This document shows, in pieces, positions 22,782 to 33,461 of a stretch of 64,000 bases of DNA (position 1 is its first letter; every line of letters begins with the position of its first letter). Origin of the DNA: Gammaproteobacteria bacterium. GTDB lineage: Bacteria > Pseudomonadota > Gammaproteobacteria > CAJXQU01. The stretch lies in assembly GCA_965238175.1 (NCBI GenBank), contig CBDEGZ010000003.1:2304001-2368000 (forward strand), written 5' to 3'. Below the pieces are notes generated by a model. That model was not told the DNA's origin, did not search any database, and was given only the letters and a program-made list of their open reading frames with translations. The translations under genes and the position numbers were made by a program.

Positions 22782-24836
22782 TTAAAATTGAAGTTTAAAC
22801 CCAACGATAAGAGATCGCCCTTGTTGAGGAGCAATATCTTTCACAAATGAAGTGTGCTGGCGTATTTCTTCGTCTAATAGATTTGTACCTCTCATGAATA
22901 AGTTGAAATTCAATAGCTCTTTGTTAATCACCTCATAACTGAGACCTAAGGTAATATCCGTATAACTATCAGTAGAAGTTTCTAATTGAGCTAACTTTGT
23001 TTGTCGCGCCGTATGATTAGCATCAAAATACAGCTCGAAAGGTCCACGATGATAATCAAGACCTAAACCAACACGCCAAGGCGTGATCCGAGGTAAATTC
23101 TGGTTGTCCTCTAACTTTCCACGGACATAATCTGCCCACATTTTTAGATCTAGAGATTCATCAATATGATCGAAAATATTTAACCTGGTCTGTAGTTCTA
23201 TGCCATAGAACAGTGCATCAGATTGGATATGATTGACCAAAAGTAGTGCTTCCTCATCCGTTACTATTTGAGCGGTCTCTAAAAAATCATCTTCAACTCG
23301 ATCAGAAATACCATCACTATTTCGATCATTTTCACTGGTATAAATATAATCATCAATTTTTGAAACAAACAGGTTAGCTTCGCCAGTTAATCTTCCGTCT
23401 GTTTTATTAAAAATAAGGTCCAAAGAATGTGTGGTTTCCTCTTTAAGATCCAAATTGCCAATTTCAAAAGTATTAGTCGCTAAATGTGCGCCATTAGAAA
23501 ACAATTCTTCTATTGCTGGTGCTCTCTGTGATCGTGTAAAACTAAGACGCGTGTTCAAACTTTCCGTCCAGTGAAAACCTAAACCTGCTGAAAAACTAAA
23601 CAAGTCATGTGACACACTTGATACACTTTCGGAGTCAGTGGTTTGATGTTCATATCGTCCACCAACCTCGATATGTAACTGTTCAAACTCAGCCCTTTCC
23701 AAAACAAAAATACCGACTGAATTAAGGCTTGAATTAGGTAAGAATGCTTCTTCTCCAGAAGTGCTGAGCTTTCTGTTTTGGTGTTGAAATCCAAGAACGC
23801 CCTCCCAACCTGCAAGTGATTGATGTAATAGCTCCACCCGACCCTGCAATTCTTTATTATCGAGTTGTGTTCCGATCTCATCACCTTCTAGCTCCTCATG
23901 AGTGTGATCGTTATAGCCCCAACGAGATTTGATCAAAGTGAAACCTGGAAATGGATCTTCCAGTTCGCTTTTTATATCAAACCGTGTTTGTTCTTGTTTT
24001 ATACGAACACTTTCTTCCTCATGTTCTCCATCCTCTTCTTCATCCTCTTCTTCATGCCCCGGAATACCGTAATTATTGTCAAAATTATTAATTGAAAAAC
24101 CGATAAAGCCGCGGTCATGTACCCAGGATGATCCAAAGGTTGTATCATGAGATTCAATATTGGAATTTTGTAGAGTACCTCTAATGTCTCCTTCTTCTGG
24201 GACGCTTAGTGCAAAACCCGGTATATCAATATCTTGAGTCTTACGATGCGTAGTATCTAAATGAAACGTAAATTCATCGTAACCCACATTGAAACGAAGA
24301 CCACCCGTGAGATCATGGGATGCAGAATCAAAATGAGAATATAAATCACCCTCTAAACCTTCAGGCACATAATCGAGGATCTGATTAGAAATAACGTTTA
24401 TCAGACCTCCACTAGCACTGCTGCCATAAAGCAATGTCGCTGGGCCTCTTAATATTTCTATCCTGTCAACGAATATTGCATTAATCGCAACACCATGATC
24501 TGGACTTATAGTGGAAACATCCAAGCTACCAATCCCATCACTCAGAACTCCGACGCGAACACCACTTTGCCCTCGGATCACGGGGCGGCCAACACCCGGA
24601 CCAAAACCAGTAGAACTAATCCCTGGTGACTGTCCAACAAGATCAGAGATAGTATTTTTATTTCCTCTATCTAGTTCTTCATCCAAAAGTACTGAAACGG
24701 GTTTTAAAATATGCTGACTTGACGTTGATAAAGGATCAGATTGCACTTCCAGATCTTGTAAATGTAAAGTCTCTTCAGCAAACACGAACACACTAAACGA
24801 CAGCATAAATACCGCCGAATATTTTTTAGCAAACAT
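22782..24836 (-). CDS. TonB-dependent receptor, ZnuD-like (zinc/metal uptake)
   Basis: GRPVIRG, SPDH, RIEILRGPATLLYGS; acidic/His loop GHEEEDEEEDGEHEEE; ELFSNGAHLAT; HTSFVKD; C-terminal F. Confidence 0.88.
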   Translation of the reverse strand: MFAKKYSAVFMLSFSVFVFAEETLHLQDLEVQSDPLSTSSQHILKPVSVLLDEELDRGNKNTISDLVGQSPGISSTGFGPGVGRPVIRGQSGVRVGVLSDGIGSLDVSTISPDHGVAINAIFVDRIEILRGPATLLYGSSASGGLINVISNQILDYVPEGLEGDLYSHFDSASHDLTGGLRFNVGYDEFTFHLDTTHRKTQDIDIPGFALSVPEEGDIRGTLQNSNIESHDTTFGSSWVHDRGFIGFSINNFDNNYGIPGHEEEDEEEDGEHEEESVRIKQEQTRFDIKSELEDPFPGFTLIKSRWGYNDHTHEELEGDEIGTQLDNKELQGRVELLHQSLAGWEGVLGFQHQNRKLSTSGEEAFLPNSSLNSVGIFVLERAEFEQLHIEVGGRYEHQTTDSESVSSVSHDLFSFSAGLGFHWTESLNTRLSFTRSQRAPAIEELFSNGAHLATNTFEIGNLDLKEETTHSLDLIFNKTDGRLTGEANLFVSKIDDYIYTSENDRNSDGISDRVEDDFLETAQIVTDEEALLLVNHIQSDALFYGIELQTRLNIFDHIDESLDLKMWADYVRGKLEDNQNLPRITPWRVGLGLDYHRGPFELYFDANHTARQTKLAQLETSTDSYTDITLGLSYEVINKELLNFNLFMRGTNLLDEEIRQHTSFVKDIAPQQGRSLIVGFKLQF

Positions 24837-24904
24837 AAACTATTCTCCTACTCACTCGCCTATCACACTAGACGAATAAGATAATTAACTTTGAAATATG
24901 AAGG

Positions 24905-25195
24905 TTAAGTTGGAGAGTTAGCTGGAGGGGCCCGACTGAAGAAATTGTAATGAAAAACGGGTGTAAATACTGATAAGGATTTTTCTTCATGAAAATAATC
25001 AAAAAGAATATCTGAAATTACCAGTGGTGGTGTAAGACAGGCCTGATCATTATTCTGCCCGGCCAAATAGAGAGAACATTTATGATCATGATGCTCAACA
25101 GCATGATCGACTGTATGCATTGCCGTTAATATTTGCAGTCCTAGGAAGGAGAACAACAACAGCAATATCAAATAATGTTTTTTATACACTTTCAT
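24905..25195 (-). CDS. DUF2946-like small protein with His-rich motif and C-terminal RAPP (candidate regulatory leader)
   Basis: Signal/TM segment, HTVDHAVEHHDHKC, FFSRAPP; 68 bp upstream of the TonB receptor. Confidence 0.72.
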   Translation of the reverse strand: MKVYKKHYLILLLLFSFLGLQILTAMHTVDHAVEHHDHKCSLYLAGQNNDQACLTPPLVISDILFDYFHEEKSLSVFTPVFHYNFFSRAPPANSPT

Positions 25196-25291
25196 TCAAT
25201 CAATTATTCGTTAAAGTACACTGGATCATCATTAAACACCCCTAACTGATTACGAAGAAATTTAAATTAATACGTAAGTAATTATTATATA

Positions 25292-25368
25292 TGGGGTGAA
25301 CGACGGGGCTCGAACCCGCGACCACCGGAATCACAATCCGGGGCTCTACCAACTGAGCTACGCTCACC
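25292..25368 (-). tRNA. tRNA-His(GTG)
   Basis: Cloverleaf, anticodon loop TTGTGAT, GTTCGAG, encoded CCA. Confidence 0.95.
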
Positions 25369-25436
25369 ATTGTTTTCAACGACGATTTTAGTATGTCTGG
25401 TTGTAAACGACAAGCTGTCCAAACATAAATAACGTC

Positions 25437-25513
25437 TGGCGCGCCCGGCAGGACTCGAACCTGCAACCCCCGGCTTAGAAGGCCGGTGCTCTATCCGGTT
25501 GAGCTACGGGCGC
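25437..25513 (-). tRNA. tRNA-Arg(TCT)
   Basis: GCGCCCGTAGCTCAACCGGATAGAGC...CTTCTAA...GTTCGAGTCC...CCA. Confidence 0.95.
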
Positions 25514-25545
25514 TTAGAGTACCTTTGTAATTTGGACCTTCGAAA

Positions 25546-25622
25546 TGGTCGGGGCAGAGGGATTCGAACCCCCGACCCTCTGCTCCCAAAGCAGATGCGC
25601 TACCAGGCTGCGCTATGCCCCG
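25546..25622 (-). tRNA. tRNA-Pro(TGG)
   Basis: CGGGGCATAGCGCAGCCTGG...TTTGGGA...GTTCGAATCC...CCA. Confidence 0.95.
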
Positions 25623-25690
25623 ACTGATGAGTCGGTCGGAATAATACGCAGCCCTGCGGTCTGCGTCAACAATATTCCCACCAGACACAG

Positions 25691-27076
25691 CTATTTCCGT
25701 CGCCAACTCGTCCCTTCTGTATTGTCTTCCAGAGTGATCCCTTGGTCATTCAATAAATCGCGTATTCGATCAGATTCTGACCAGTCTTTTTGAGCCCGTG
25801 CAACGTTGCGTTGTTGAACATAATCCTCGACCTGGCGAGATGATAAAGCACCTTCTCTTTGATCATTTTCACCACGTAAGAAATATTCAGGATCACCTCC
25901 AAGCAGACCAAGAATACGGCCCAAACTTTTCAACCGCCCAGCCAGCCTAGTCGCTTTTTCAGGATCTTCTCGATTTGCATTTAGATCACGCGCCAGATCA
26001 AATAATACCGACAATGCATTTGGGGTATTGAAATCATCATCCATTGCAGCTTTAAACAGAGCTTCATATTCACTATCTTCTCCTATTTCTGCAATTTCAA
26101 CTCCACGCAGCGCAGTATACAGTCGTGTAAGTGCACTTTTTGCATTATCCAGATGTTCATTCGAATAATTTAGCGGACTACGATAATGGCTGGTGAGAAT
26201 GAAATAACGTATTACTTCTGCAGGATATTGTTCGAGAACATCACGAATAGTAAAAAAATTGCCCAATGATTTAGACATTTTCTCATCATCGACACGTACA
26301 AAACCATTATGCATCCATAGATTTGCAAAAGGTTCACCGGTTGCACCTTCGGATTGGGCGATTTCATTTTCATGATGAGGAAATTGTAAATCCTGACCAC
26401 CTCCGTGAATATCAAAGTTATTCCCTAGCTGACAGGTCGACATCGCCGAGCATTCTATATGCCATCCAGGACGGCCATTCCCCCAGGGCGATTCCCAGCT
26501 TGGTTCATCGGGCTTGGCAGCTTTCCATAAAACAAAATCCAAAGGATCATCTTTGGCTTCATCAACTGCAACCCGTTCTCCAACGCGTAGATCTTCTACA
26601 TTCTTGCCGGAGAGCTTGCCGTATTCAGCAAACTCACTGATATCGTAATAAACATCACCATTAGCCGCTGGATAGGCTTTTTTATTTTCGATTAGGGTTT
26701 CTATCATGCTAATGATGTCATCCACATGTTCGGTTGCTTTGGGTTCTTGATCAGGCCTTTTAACACCTAGCGCATCCGCATCTTCATTCATATAGGTAAT
26801 GCAGCGTTCGGTAAGCTCCGTGATACTTTCGCCATTTTCATTGGCTCTGGCGATAATTTTGTCATCAATATCCGTAATATTGCGCACATAGGTAACTTCA
26901 TAACCACTCACACGTAAGTAGCTTGCGACAACATCAAAAACCACCATAACCCGTGCGTGACCGATATGACAAAAATCATAGACCGTCATACCACAAACAT
27001 ATAAACCCACTTTGCCAGGTTCGATTGTTTTTAATGCTTCTTTTTTTCTGGTTAAGGTATTATAAATATTCAGCAC
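25691..27076 (-). CDS. cysS: cysteinyl-tRNA synthetase (probable GTG start 27076)
   Basis: [30 protein letters not shown]. Confidence 0.97.
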   Translation of the reverse strand: MLNIYNTLTRKKEALKTIEPGKVGLYVCGMTVYDFCHIGHARVMVVFDVVASYLRVSGYEVTYVRNITDIDDKIIARANENGESITELTERCITYMNEDADALGVKRPDQEPKATEHVDDIISMIETLIENKKAYPAANGDVYYDISEFAEYGKLSGKNVEDLRVGERVAVDEAKDDPLDFVLWKAAKPDEPSWESPWGNGRPGWHIECSAMSTCQLGNNFDIHGGGQDLQFPHHENEIAQSEGATGEPFANLWMHNGFVRVDDEKMSKSLGNFFTIRDVLEQYPAEVIRYFILTSHYRSPLNYSNEHLDNAKSALTRLYTALRGVEIAEIGEDSEYEALFKAAMDDDFNTPNALSVLFDLARDLNANREDPEKATRLAGRLKSLGRILGLLGGDPEYFLRGENDQREGALSSRQVEDYVQQRNVARAQKDWSESDRIRDLLNDQGITLEDNTEGTSWRRK

Positions 27077-27163
27077 AGCGAGCTTTCTCATTAGCGTCTT
27101 ATAGGGCGCGCATGTTACATTAAACAATTGTCGTCATAAACCATATTGGAGAATTATTACCTG

Positions 27164-27736
27164 ATGAGAAACACAATTTTCAGTATTTTTTTGTTATTAG
27201 TATCCCCCCTTTTATATGCCGCGCCACAAGTTGCACTGCAGACCAATCAAGGGACGATAATCATAGAATTAAATGAGGATAAAGCACCGCTAAGTACAGC
27301 AAACTTTCTTACTTATGTTAAAGAGGGCTATTACGAAGATGTCATCTTCCATCGTGTGATCGAAAACTTTATGATCCAGGGTGGTGGCTTTAATGCGGAT
27401 TTCAATAAAAAAGAAACCCACGCGCCGATCAAAAACGAAGCCGATAATGGCTTATCCAACGAGCGTGGAACGGTTGCGATGGCAAGAACCAGCGATCCAC
27501 ATTCTGGCTCCGCTCAGTTTTTTATCAACACAGTAAATAATAGCTTTCTTGATCACTCAGCACCAACATCTCGTGGTTGGGGATATGCCGTTTTTGGAAA
27601 AGTGGTTGAAGGAATGGATGTTGTTGATAAAATCCGCTCAATGCAAACAGGTCCTAGTGGCCCTTTCCCATCGGATGTGCCACAAACACCTGTAATTATT
27701 GAGCGCGCGACTCTTATCGAAGCCGCATCCAACTAA
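27164..27736 (+). CDS. ppiA: periplasmic cyclophilin peptidyl-prolyl isomerase
   Basis: Signal peptide + [29 protein letters not shown]. Confidence 0.85.
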   Translation: MRNTIFSIFLLLVSPLLYAAPQVALQTNQGTIIIELNEDKAPLSTANFLTYVKEGYYEDVIFHRVIENFMIQGGGFNADFNKKETHAPIKNEADNGLSNERGTVAMARTSDPHSGSAQFFINTVNNSFLDHSAPTSRGWGYAVFGKVVEGMDVVDKIRSMQTGPSGPFPSDVPQTPVIIERATLIEAASN

Positions 27737-27768
27737 ATCTTATAAATTCAAACAAGAGATATAGAATA

Positions 27769-28254
27769 ATGAAAGTAAAATTAACCACCAGCAATGGTGA
27801 CATCACAATTGAGCTTAACGAAGAAAAAGCACCAGAAACTGTAAAAAATTTCATCTCTTATGTTGAATCGGGGCATTACGATGGAACAATTTTTCACCGC
27901 GTGATCAATAACTTTATGATTCAAGGCGGTGGCCATTTACCTGATATGAGTCAAAAGAAATGCAATGATCCGGTAAAGAATGAAGCTGACAATGGTCTGC
28001 AAAATAAAATAGGTACCATAGCAATGGCGAGAACCAGTGATCCTCATTCCGCTTCTGCTCAATTTTTTATCAATGTAGCTGATAATGACTTTCTGAATTT
28101 CAGTAGCGCGACCTCCAGTGGTTGGGGTTATTGTGTTTTCGGTGAAGTGACAGAAGGTATGGATGTTGTAAACCAAATCAAAGAAGTTGCAACTGCCGCA
28201 CAAGACGTTCCCGTCGAAGAAGTTTTGATCAATAAAGCTGAAGTTGTTGATTAA
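27769..28254 (+). CDS. ppiB: cytoplasmic cyclophilin peptidyl-prolyl isomerase
   Basis: [14 protein letters not shown]; WGYCVFG; cysS-ppiB-lpxH synteny. Confidence 0.9.
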   Translation: MKVKLTTSNGDITIELNEEKAPETVKNFISYVESGHYDGTIFHRVINNFMIQGGGHLPDMSQKKCNDPVKNEADNGLQNKIGTIAMARTSDPHSASAQFFINVADNDFLNFSSATSSGWGYCVFGEVTEGMDVVNQIKEVATAAQDVPVEEVLINKAEVVD

Positions 28255-28275
28255 TACTTATCCTAAGATTAAATA

Positions 28276-29007
28276 ATGACAATATTATTTATTTCCGATC
28301 TTCATTTAAGTAACGAACGCCCTGATAAACTGGATTTTTTTTTCCAGTTTATCAAGGGCCCTGCGCGACAAGTCGACACCTTATATATTCTTGGGGATTT
28401 TTTTGAATATTGGATTGGTGATGATGATGTTACTCCACCTAATCCAGATATTCTTCAAGCCTTATCCGAACTTAAAAATGCACAAACAAAATTGTATGTG
28501 ATGGTAGGCAATCGCGATTTTTTAATCGGGCAAGGATTTGAAAATATCAGTGGCGCAACGCTTATACCTGATCCTTCTGTCATCGATCTTTTTGGAGAAA
28601 AAACCTTATTAATGCACGGTGATCTATTGTGTACAAAAGATGTGGATTATTTAAAGTTTCGTGAAATGGTTCGCACACCTGAATGGCAAGAAGCCTTCAC
28701 TGATAAACCTTTTAATGAAAGGTTAGCCATTGCAAAAAATATGCGTCTTGAGAGTAAAGCAGCATTAAAAAATAAAATCCCTGTCATTATGGATGTTGAA
28801 CAACAGACCGTTGAACACTATATGAAAACACATAACGTAAACTCTCTGATCCATGGGCATACTCATCGTCCCGCCATACATCAATTTGAACTCGCAGGCG
28901 GTCAAGCTACAAGAACTGTTTTAGGTGATTGGTATCAAAATGAAAATGTTCTTGTTTGTGAATCTAACGAACAAAAGCTAGTCTCCATACAAGAACTGCT
29001 TTCATAA
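28276..29007 (+). CDS. lpxH: UDP-2,3-diacylglucosamine hydrolase
   Basis: FISDLHL, LGDFFEYWIGDD, GNRDFL, HGD, HGHTHRP, LGDW. Confidence 0.94.
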   Translation: MTILFISDLHLSNERPDKLDFFFQFIKGPARQVDTLYILGDFFEYWIGDDDVTPPNPDILQALSELKNAQTKLYVMVGNRDFLIGQGFENISGATLIPDPSVIDLFGEKTLLMHGDLLCTKDVDYLKFREMVRTPEWQEAFTDKPFNERLAIAKNMRLESKAALKNKIPVIMDVEQQTVEHYMKTHNVNSLIHGHTHRPAIHQFELAGGQATRTVLGDWYQNENVLVCESNEQKLVSIQELLS

Positions 29008-29026
29008 ACATAATGTTACGATCTAT

Positions 29027-29917
29027 CTAAACATTCGTTTTAGAGCGACTTACTAAATAAACACCAAAAATAACTAACACAGTACCTATAATCTGAACAA
29101 AATTAATTCGTTCTTGTAGAAAAAAATAAGCCAAAAATAAAGTACTTATCGGGCCTATAGAACTAATGATCGACGCTTTACTCGCACCAATTCTGCGTAT
29201 GCCTGCATTCATTAAAAAAGCAGGAATGACGGTAGATATAATCGCCAACAGAAAAGCCAAGTAATACACATTAACCTCAAATTCTGGCGGATAAAATCCG
29301 TAACTGAAACCATAATGTATTATCGTTACAACACATGAGATAGACATTGCATAGGCAGTAAAGCGAGTAGCGCCTATTCTCTTCGTCATTTCGCCACTTC
29401 CCATTAAAAATATTGCAAAAGTAAATGCACTGATAGCAATGTAAATTACACCTCTAATCATCCCTGCAGAATTTGCTTCAATCTGATCAATAACGACAAA
29501 AATAATCCCTGTATAACTTAGTAATAATGCAAATATTTCCAACCGGTTTATTTTTCGTTTCAAAAAAATAGCTGAAAGTAAAACGACAAAAGTTGGGTAA
29601 AGAAACAATATTATTCTTTCAAGCCCCGCAGAGATCAATTCAAGTCCTTTGAAATCAAATAAACTTGCTAAATAATATCCAATAATCCCAAGAAAAATTA
29701 CCGCACTCCATTCTTGTAAAGAAATAGGGATTTGATCAGAAGATTGTTGGTTTGTTAATGCAACCAATAAGAAAAAAGGCAAAGCCATGATCATACGTAG
29801 CACCATCAAAGACAATGCATCCACATGAGCACCGTAGGCATAGGCAAGTTTTATAAATATAGCTTTTGCTGAAAATGCAATTGCACCAATTAAAACAAAA
29901 ATAATTCCAATTAACAC
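29027..29917 (-). CDS. DMT/EamA family transporter
   Basis: About 10 TMs, FSAKAIFIKLAY, AGLERIILFLYPTFV. Confidence 0.88.
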   Translation of the reverse strand: MLIGIIFVLIGAIAFSAKAIFIKLAYAYGAHVDALSLMVLRMIMALPFFLLVALTNQQSSDQIPISLQEWSAVIFLGIIGYYLASLFDFKGLELISAGLERIILFLYPTFVVLLSAIFLKRKINRLEIFALLLSYTGIIFVVIDQIEANSAGMIRGVIYIAISAFTFAIFLMGSGEMTKRIGATRFTAYAMSISCVVTIIHYGFSYGFYPPEFEVNVYYLAFLLAIISTVIPAFLMNAGIRRIGASKASIISSIGPISTLFLAYFFLQERINFVQIIGTVLVIFGVYLVSRSKTNV

Positions 29918-30145
29918 ATCAGAACTTTTTTTTGTTGATTATTTTTCACAGTAACTCCTTAGTTGAACCGTGGATACTGTGTAGAGAATATGTGAATAGT
30001 CGCGACAGGATCCGCGGCTATTTTATTTTCAAGAAGTAATAAAAAGACCGCAACAAGCAGGTAGGCTTAACCAGAGTGTCAGCTTGCTCAAGCGTACTTT
30101 AATAACTGTATTTTTGCGGATTGCAATATTCATGATGCGCGGAGG

Positions 30146-30760
30146 TTAATGCCTATCGTTTTTATTGTCAATATACCGTTTTAAATCATCAGGTCGATCT
30201 AAATCCCATTGCATTGGTAGTGTGTACAAATTCAAATTTAACACATTAATTTTTACCATAGTCTGATCAAAAACAGTCTCGGTTCCCCATACAATATTTT
30301 CAAATATAGAACGGTAATACTTGTTCATTCCTATTAAGGTGTAACCACCATCTTCAGCAGGAGCTATGACAATTTCATTGTTTTTTTCAAGCTTAGTTAA
30401 AGCGAGATCAAGAATATCGATTGTCATTGATGGGCTGTCAGTACCTATTAAAATAGCAGAGGAACAGTTTTTAAGTGAGGTATATAAAGCATTACTCATA
30501 CGCTCACCAAGATCATTTCCTTGTTGCTGTTTAAGCGCAAGACCAAAGGTTTGGAAAAATGAGTGTTTGCTATCAGGACTGCACCAAAGCTCTGTAGGAC
30601 AAAGTTTGCTTTGAGTAACTAAGTTTATTGTTCTACTAGCCAGTTGCTTATGAATATCAGCAGCTTGATCAAATGTTAAGTGCGGTGTGAGTCTGGTTTT
30701 AACTTCACCAGACACCGGTGCTTTACAAAAAACTAATATTTTTGCGTTTGGATACTTCAT
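30146..30760 (-). CDS. DUF2064/TIGR04282-type glycosyltransferase (arsenosugar-cluster associated)
   Basis: FCKAPVSGEVKTRL, QQGNDLGERM, IGTDSP, PAEDGGYTLIG, DLDRPDDL. Confidence 0.85.
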   Translation of the reverse strand: MKYPNAKILVFCKAPVSGEVKTRLTPHLTFDQAADIHKQLASRTINLVTQSKLCPTELWCSPDSKHSFFQTFGLALKQQQGNDLGERMSNALYTSLKNCSSAILIGTDSPSMTIDILDLALTKLEKNNEIVIAPAEDGGYTLIGMNKYYRSIFENIVWGTETVFDQTMVKINVLNLNLYTLPMQWDLDRPDDLKRYIDNKNDRH

Positions 30761-30787
30761 TCTGATCAAATATTAATTTCGATTTTA

Positions 30788-31567
30788 TTATTGCTTGAAA
30801 GGCAACATTAAAACATTTTGAAATTTTTCATCTTCTGGTTTTCTAAAATAATCCAAACCTATTGTCATCTCTTCATGACCATCACGTGGTTGATCAATAT
30901 AGGTTCCGAAAATTCTATCCCAGATTGAAATTGAAAAACCGTAATTACTGTCGGTTTCATCCCGATGTATAGAATGATGAACTCGATGCATGTCCGGAGT
31001 TACTAATATTTTTCTCAGTTGTTTATCTACTGAAAGTGGAAGCTTTACATTACCATGATTGAAAACAGCACAAGTGTTAAGAATAACTTCAAATATTATT
31101 ACTGCGATGGGTGCTACACCGATTATAAAAACAGCAATTACTTTGATCAAAAGTGAAAAAAATATTTCAATGGGATGGAAACGAATTCCTGTCGATGTAT
31201 CGTAAACAAGATCAGTATGATGAACTTGGTGTAGCTTCCAGATCATCGAAATTTTATGCGACGCTACATGTTGACCATAAATAATCAGATCAAGAATAAT
31301 CAATGTGAGAATGATAGAAATAATGTTTTGAAAATCGATCAAATTGAGCAAGCCAATATTTTTTTCAGCTGCAATTACAGAAGTCTGGTAGACAATTCCA
31401 CCAACTGTAAATCGAACTAAAACTGAACCTAAAATCATTAAACCAAAATTGACTGGCCAGCGCGTTTTTCTTTTTTGATCATTTTTGCGTCTGGGATGTT
31501 TAATCTCCCAAATAATCATGATTGCAAGAACAATCAAAAAAGCACCTAAACGATAACCGGCATCCAT
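30788..31567 (-). CDS. sterol desaturase / fatty-acid hydroxylase family membrane protein
   Basis: His boxes HVASH, HQVHH, FHP, NHGN, HRVHH; NYG...WDRIFGTY. Confidence 0.88.
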   Translation of the reverse strand: MDAGYRLGAFLIVLAIMIIWEIKHPRRKNDQKRKTRWPVNFGLMILGSVLVRFTVGGIVYQTSVIAAEKNIGLLNLIDFQNIISIILTLIILDLIIYGQHVASHKISMIWKLHQVHHTDLVYDTSTGIRFHPIEIFFSLLIKVIAVFIIGVAPIAVIIFEVILNTCAVFNHGNVKLPLSVDKQLRKILVTPDMHRVHHSIHRDETDSNYGFSISIWDRIFGTYIDQPRDGHEEMTIGLDYFRKPEDEKFQNVLMLPFKQ

Positions 31568-31577
31568 CACATTACTA

Positions 31578-32291
31578 TCAGGTCGATTCTTTTTGGTAAT
31601 ATTGCTGAACAAGCACGCGTGGATGAGCACCAATAAAATAAAGAAAACGTAACCACCACATTAGTCCAATGGTTTTAAAAACCCCATTCCTTTCCCAACG
31701 TCTACTCGAGGTAATTGCTTTCTGTTTAAGACAAACTGGATAAGCTTTTTTTCTAAGCCGCTTACTGATCTCAATATCTTCCATAATCGGATAATCACGA
31801 AATCCTTTAATTTCTTCGAAAACATTCCGCATAACAAAAATTCCTTGATCGCCTGTTGCCACTCCAGTCAAGCCAGAACGTAAATTCATCATTGTTTCTA
31901 TCATTCGAAACACGAAGTTTTCGCCCGAAAGTTTCACATCAAACCTTCCCCAGACATGCGGTAATTCCATCGCTTGTAAAATAAGTTTATAAGCTTGCTC
32001 TGGGAGTTGCGTATCGGCGTGCAAAAATAACAAAACTCTACCCGTCGCATGAAAAGCACCAGCATTCATTTGTTTGGCCCGGTTATATTGGATCCCCTCT
32101 CCTGATTCAATAAGAAGATCAGCATAGGGTTCGGCTAAAACAATACTTTTATCATTGCTACCTCCGTCAACAACAATAATTTCGACACCACGTTTTCGCA
32201 ACGGTTGTAATCGCTGTAAGGCATACTCAATACGAGCAGCCTCATTCAGCATCGGTACAATGATAGTTAACTCAGGTCCTTCAAGAATCAC
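31578..32291 (-). CDS. GT2 glycosyltransferase, TIGR04283-type (arsenosugar-cluster associated)
   Basis: VVDGGSND, RAKQMNAGA, FLHADT, GDQGIF, MEDIE, TSSRRW. Confidence 0.88.
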   Translation of the reverse strand: MILEGPELTIIVPMLNEAARIEYALQRLQPLRKRGVEIIVVDGGSNDKSIVLAEPYADLLIESGEGIQYNRAKQMNAGAFHATGRVLLFLHADTQLPEQAYKLILQAMELPHVWGRFDVKLSGENFVFRMIETMMNLRSGLTGVATGDQGIFVMRNVFEEIKGFRDYPIMEDIEISKRLRKKAYPVCLKQKAITSSRRWERNGVFKTIGLMWWLRFLYFIGAHPRVLVQQYYQKEST

Positions 32292-32319
32292 TTATGTGTG
32301 TCCAGATTAGCTAAGAGTA

Positions 32320-33438
32320 TCAACAACACGACGATTCACTAACACCACCACTATGAGATCCACCTTTAGTCTCAGCTGGCGTTCGTAATGTTCCAGCAGG
32401 ATGACACCAATTTCGTGGTTCTGTTTTTACAGTTGGGGTAATGCCGATAAATTGATCGCCGTAAAAACCGCCGGTTAACAAATCAAAGCTACGTTCGCAA
32501 ACGGCGATCCGTTTTCCTCTTGGATAAATATGACCTTCATCATCATAAACTTCTTTAAACGGGCCTTTATAAATAACCGCATGACCATAATCTAAGCAAT
32601 CCACCGCTTCTGGCTTTGATGCGGTGATCGTAACAGTGCGGAATTCGATACCCTCAACCACTTGCCACGGTTCATCACCCCATTTATCTAAACTAACAGC
32701 AACGAAACCAGCATCAACGAATGCTTGTAAGAAATCATCTTCTGTTAGTGCACCAGAGATGCAACCACTCCAAAGTTCCGGATCATTTTTCATTTGCTCA
32801 GAGCTGTCTTCATCACTGACGATATCAGAAATAGCAACGCGTCCACCCGGTTTTGTTACGCGGAAAATTTCCTCGATCAGTTGTTGTTTTTCACTATCGT
32901 GGACTAAGTTTAGAACGCAATTTGAAACAACAAGGTCGATAGAATTATTTTTGATCAAAGGATCATTGTTTTTCTGTTGTTCCTGCCAGACTCTAAGATC
33001 ACTAGCACCGATAAAATCTTTCACAGGATTTTTAGATAAATAATGATCCATCGCTTCAAGATCTACTGCTAGATCTTGAATTTGTCCTTTTACAAACTCA
33101 ACACGATCTGAACCTATTTTTTCTGCCATTTCGTTTTGATATTTTTTTGCCAGTCCGAGCATGTCGTCATTCATATCAACACCGATGACTTTGCCTTTAT
33201 CGCCGACAAGCTGCGCGGCCATATAACAAATTTTTCCTGAACCGGAACCAAGATCAAGAACCACATCCCCTTCTCTTACATAACGCGATGGATCACCGCA
33301 ACCGTAATCTTTTTCGATGATTTCTTCGGGCAATAATTTTAATAAACTTGCGTCATAATCAACGGGGCAACACAGTTCTGGCTGTTGTTCTTTTGCGCCT
33401 TCAGAATAACGTTCTAGTACACTTGCTTCTTTATCCAT
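32320..33438 (-). CDS. ArsM/AS3MT-like SAM-dependent arsenite methyltransferase with C-terminal extension
   Basis: LCCPVDY, YGCGDP, LDLGSGSG, SNCVLNL, LWSGCISGA; ends SSCC. Confidence 0.8.
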   Translation of the reverse strand: MDKEASVLERYSEGAKEQQPELCCPVDYDASLLKLLPEEIIEKDYGCGDPSRYVREGDVVLDLGSGSGKICYMAAQLVGDKGKVIGVDMNDDMLGLAKKYQNEMAEKIGSDRVEFVKGQIQDLAVDLEAMDHYLSKNPVKDFIGASDLRVWQEQQKNNDPLIKNNSIDLVVSNCVLNLVHDSEKQQLIEEIFRVTKPGGRVAISDIVSDEDSSEQMKNDPELWSGCISGALTEDDFLQAFVDAGFVAVSLDKWGDEPWQVVEGIEFRTVTITASKPEAVDCLDYGHAVIYKGPFKEVYDDEGHIYPRGKRIAVCERSFDLLTGGFYGDQFIGITPTVKTEPRNWCHPAGTLRTPAETKGGSHSGGVSESSCC

Positions 33439-33461
33439 TATTTATTTCCTGTTTAGTTTCA

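Noticed and set aside
24837-25290. Zur box for the ZnuD-like receptor
   Set aside because: No convincing GTTATA-N-TATAAC-type palindrome found by eye
25242-25793. Track ORFs 25242-25466, 25491-25706 and 25545-25793
   Set aside because: They overlap tRNA genes; spurious
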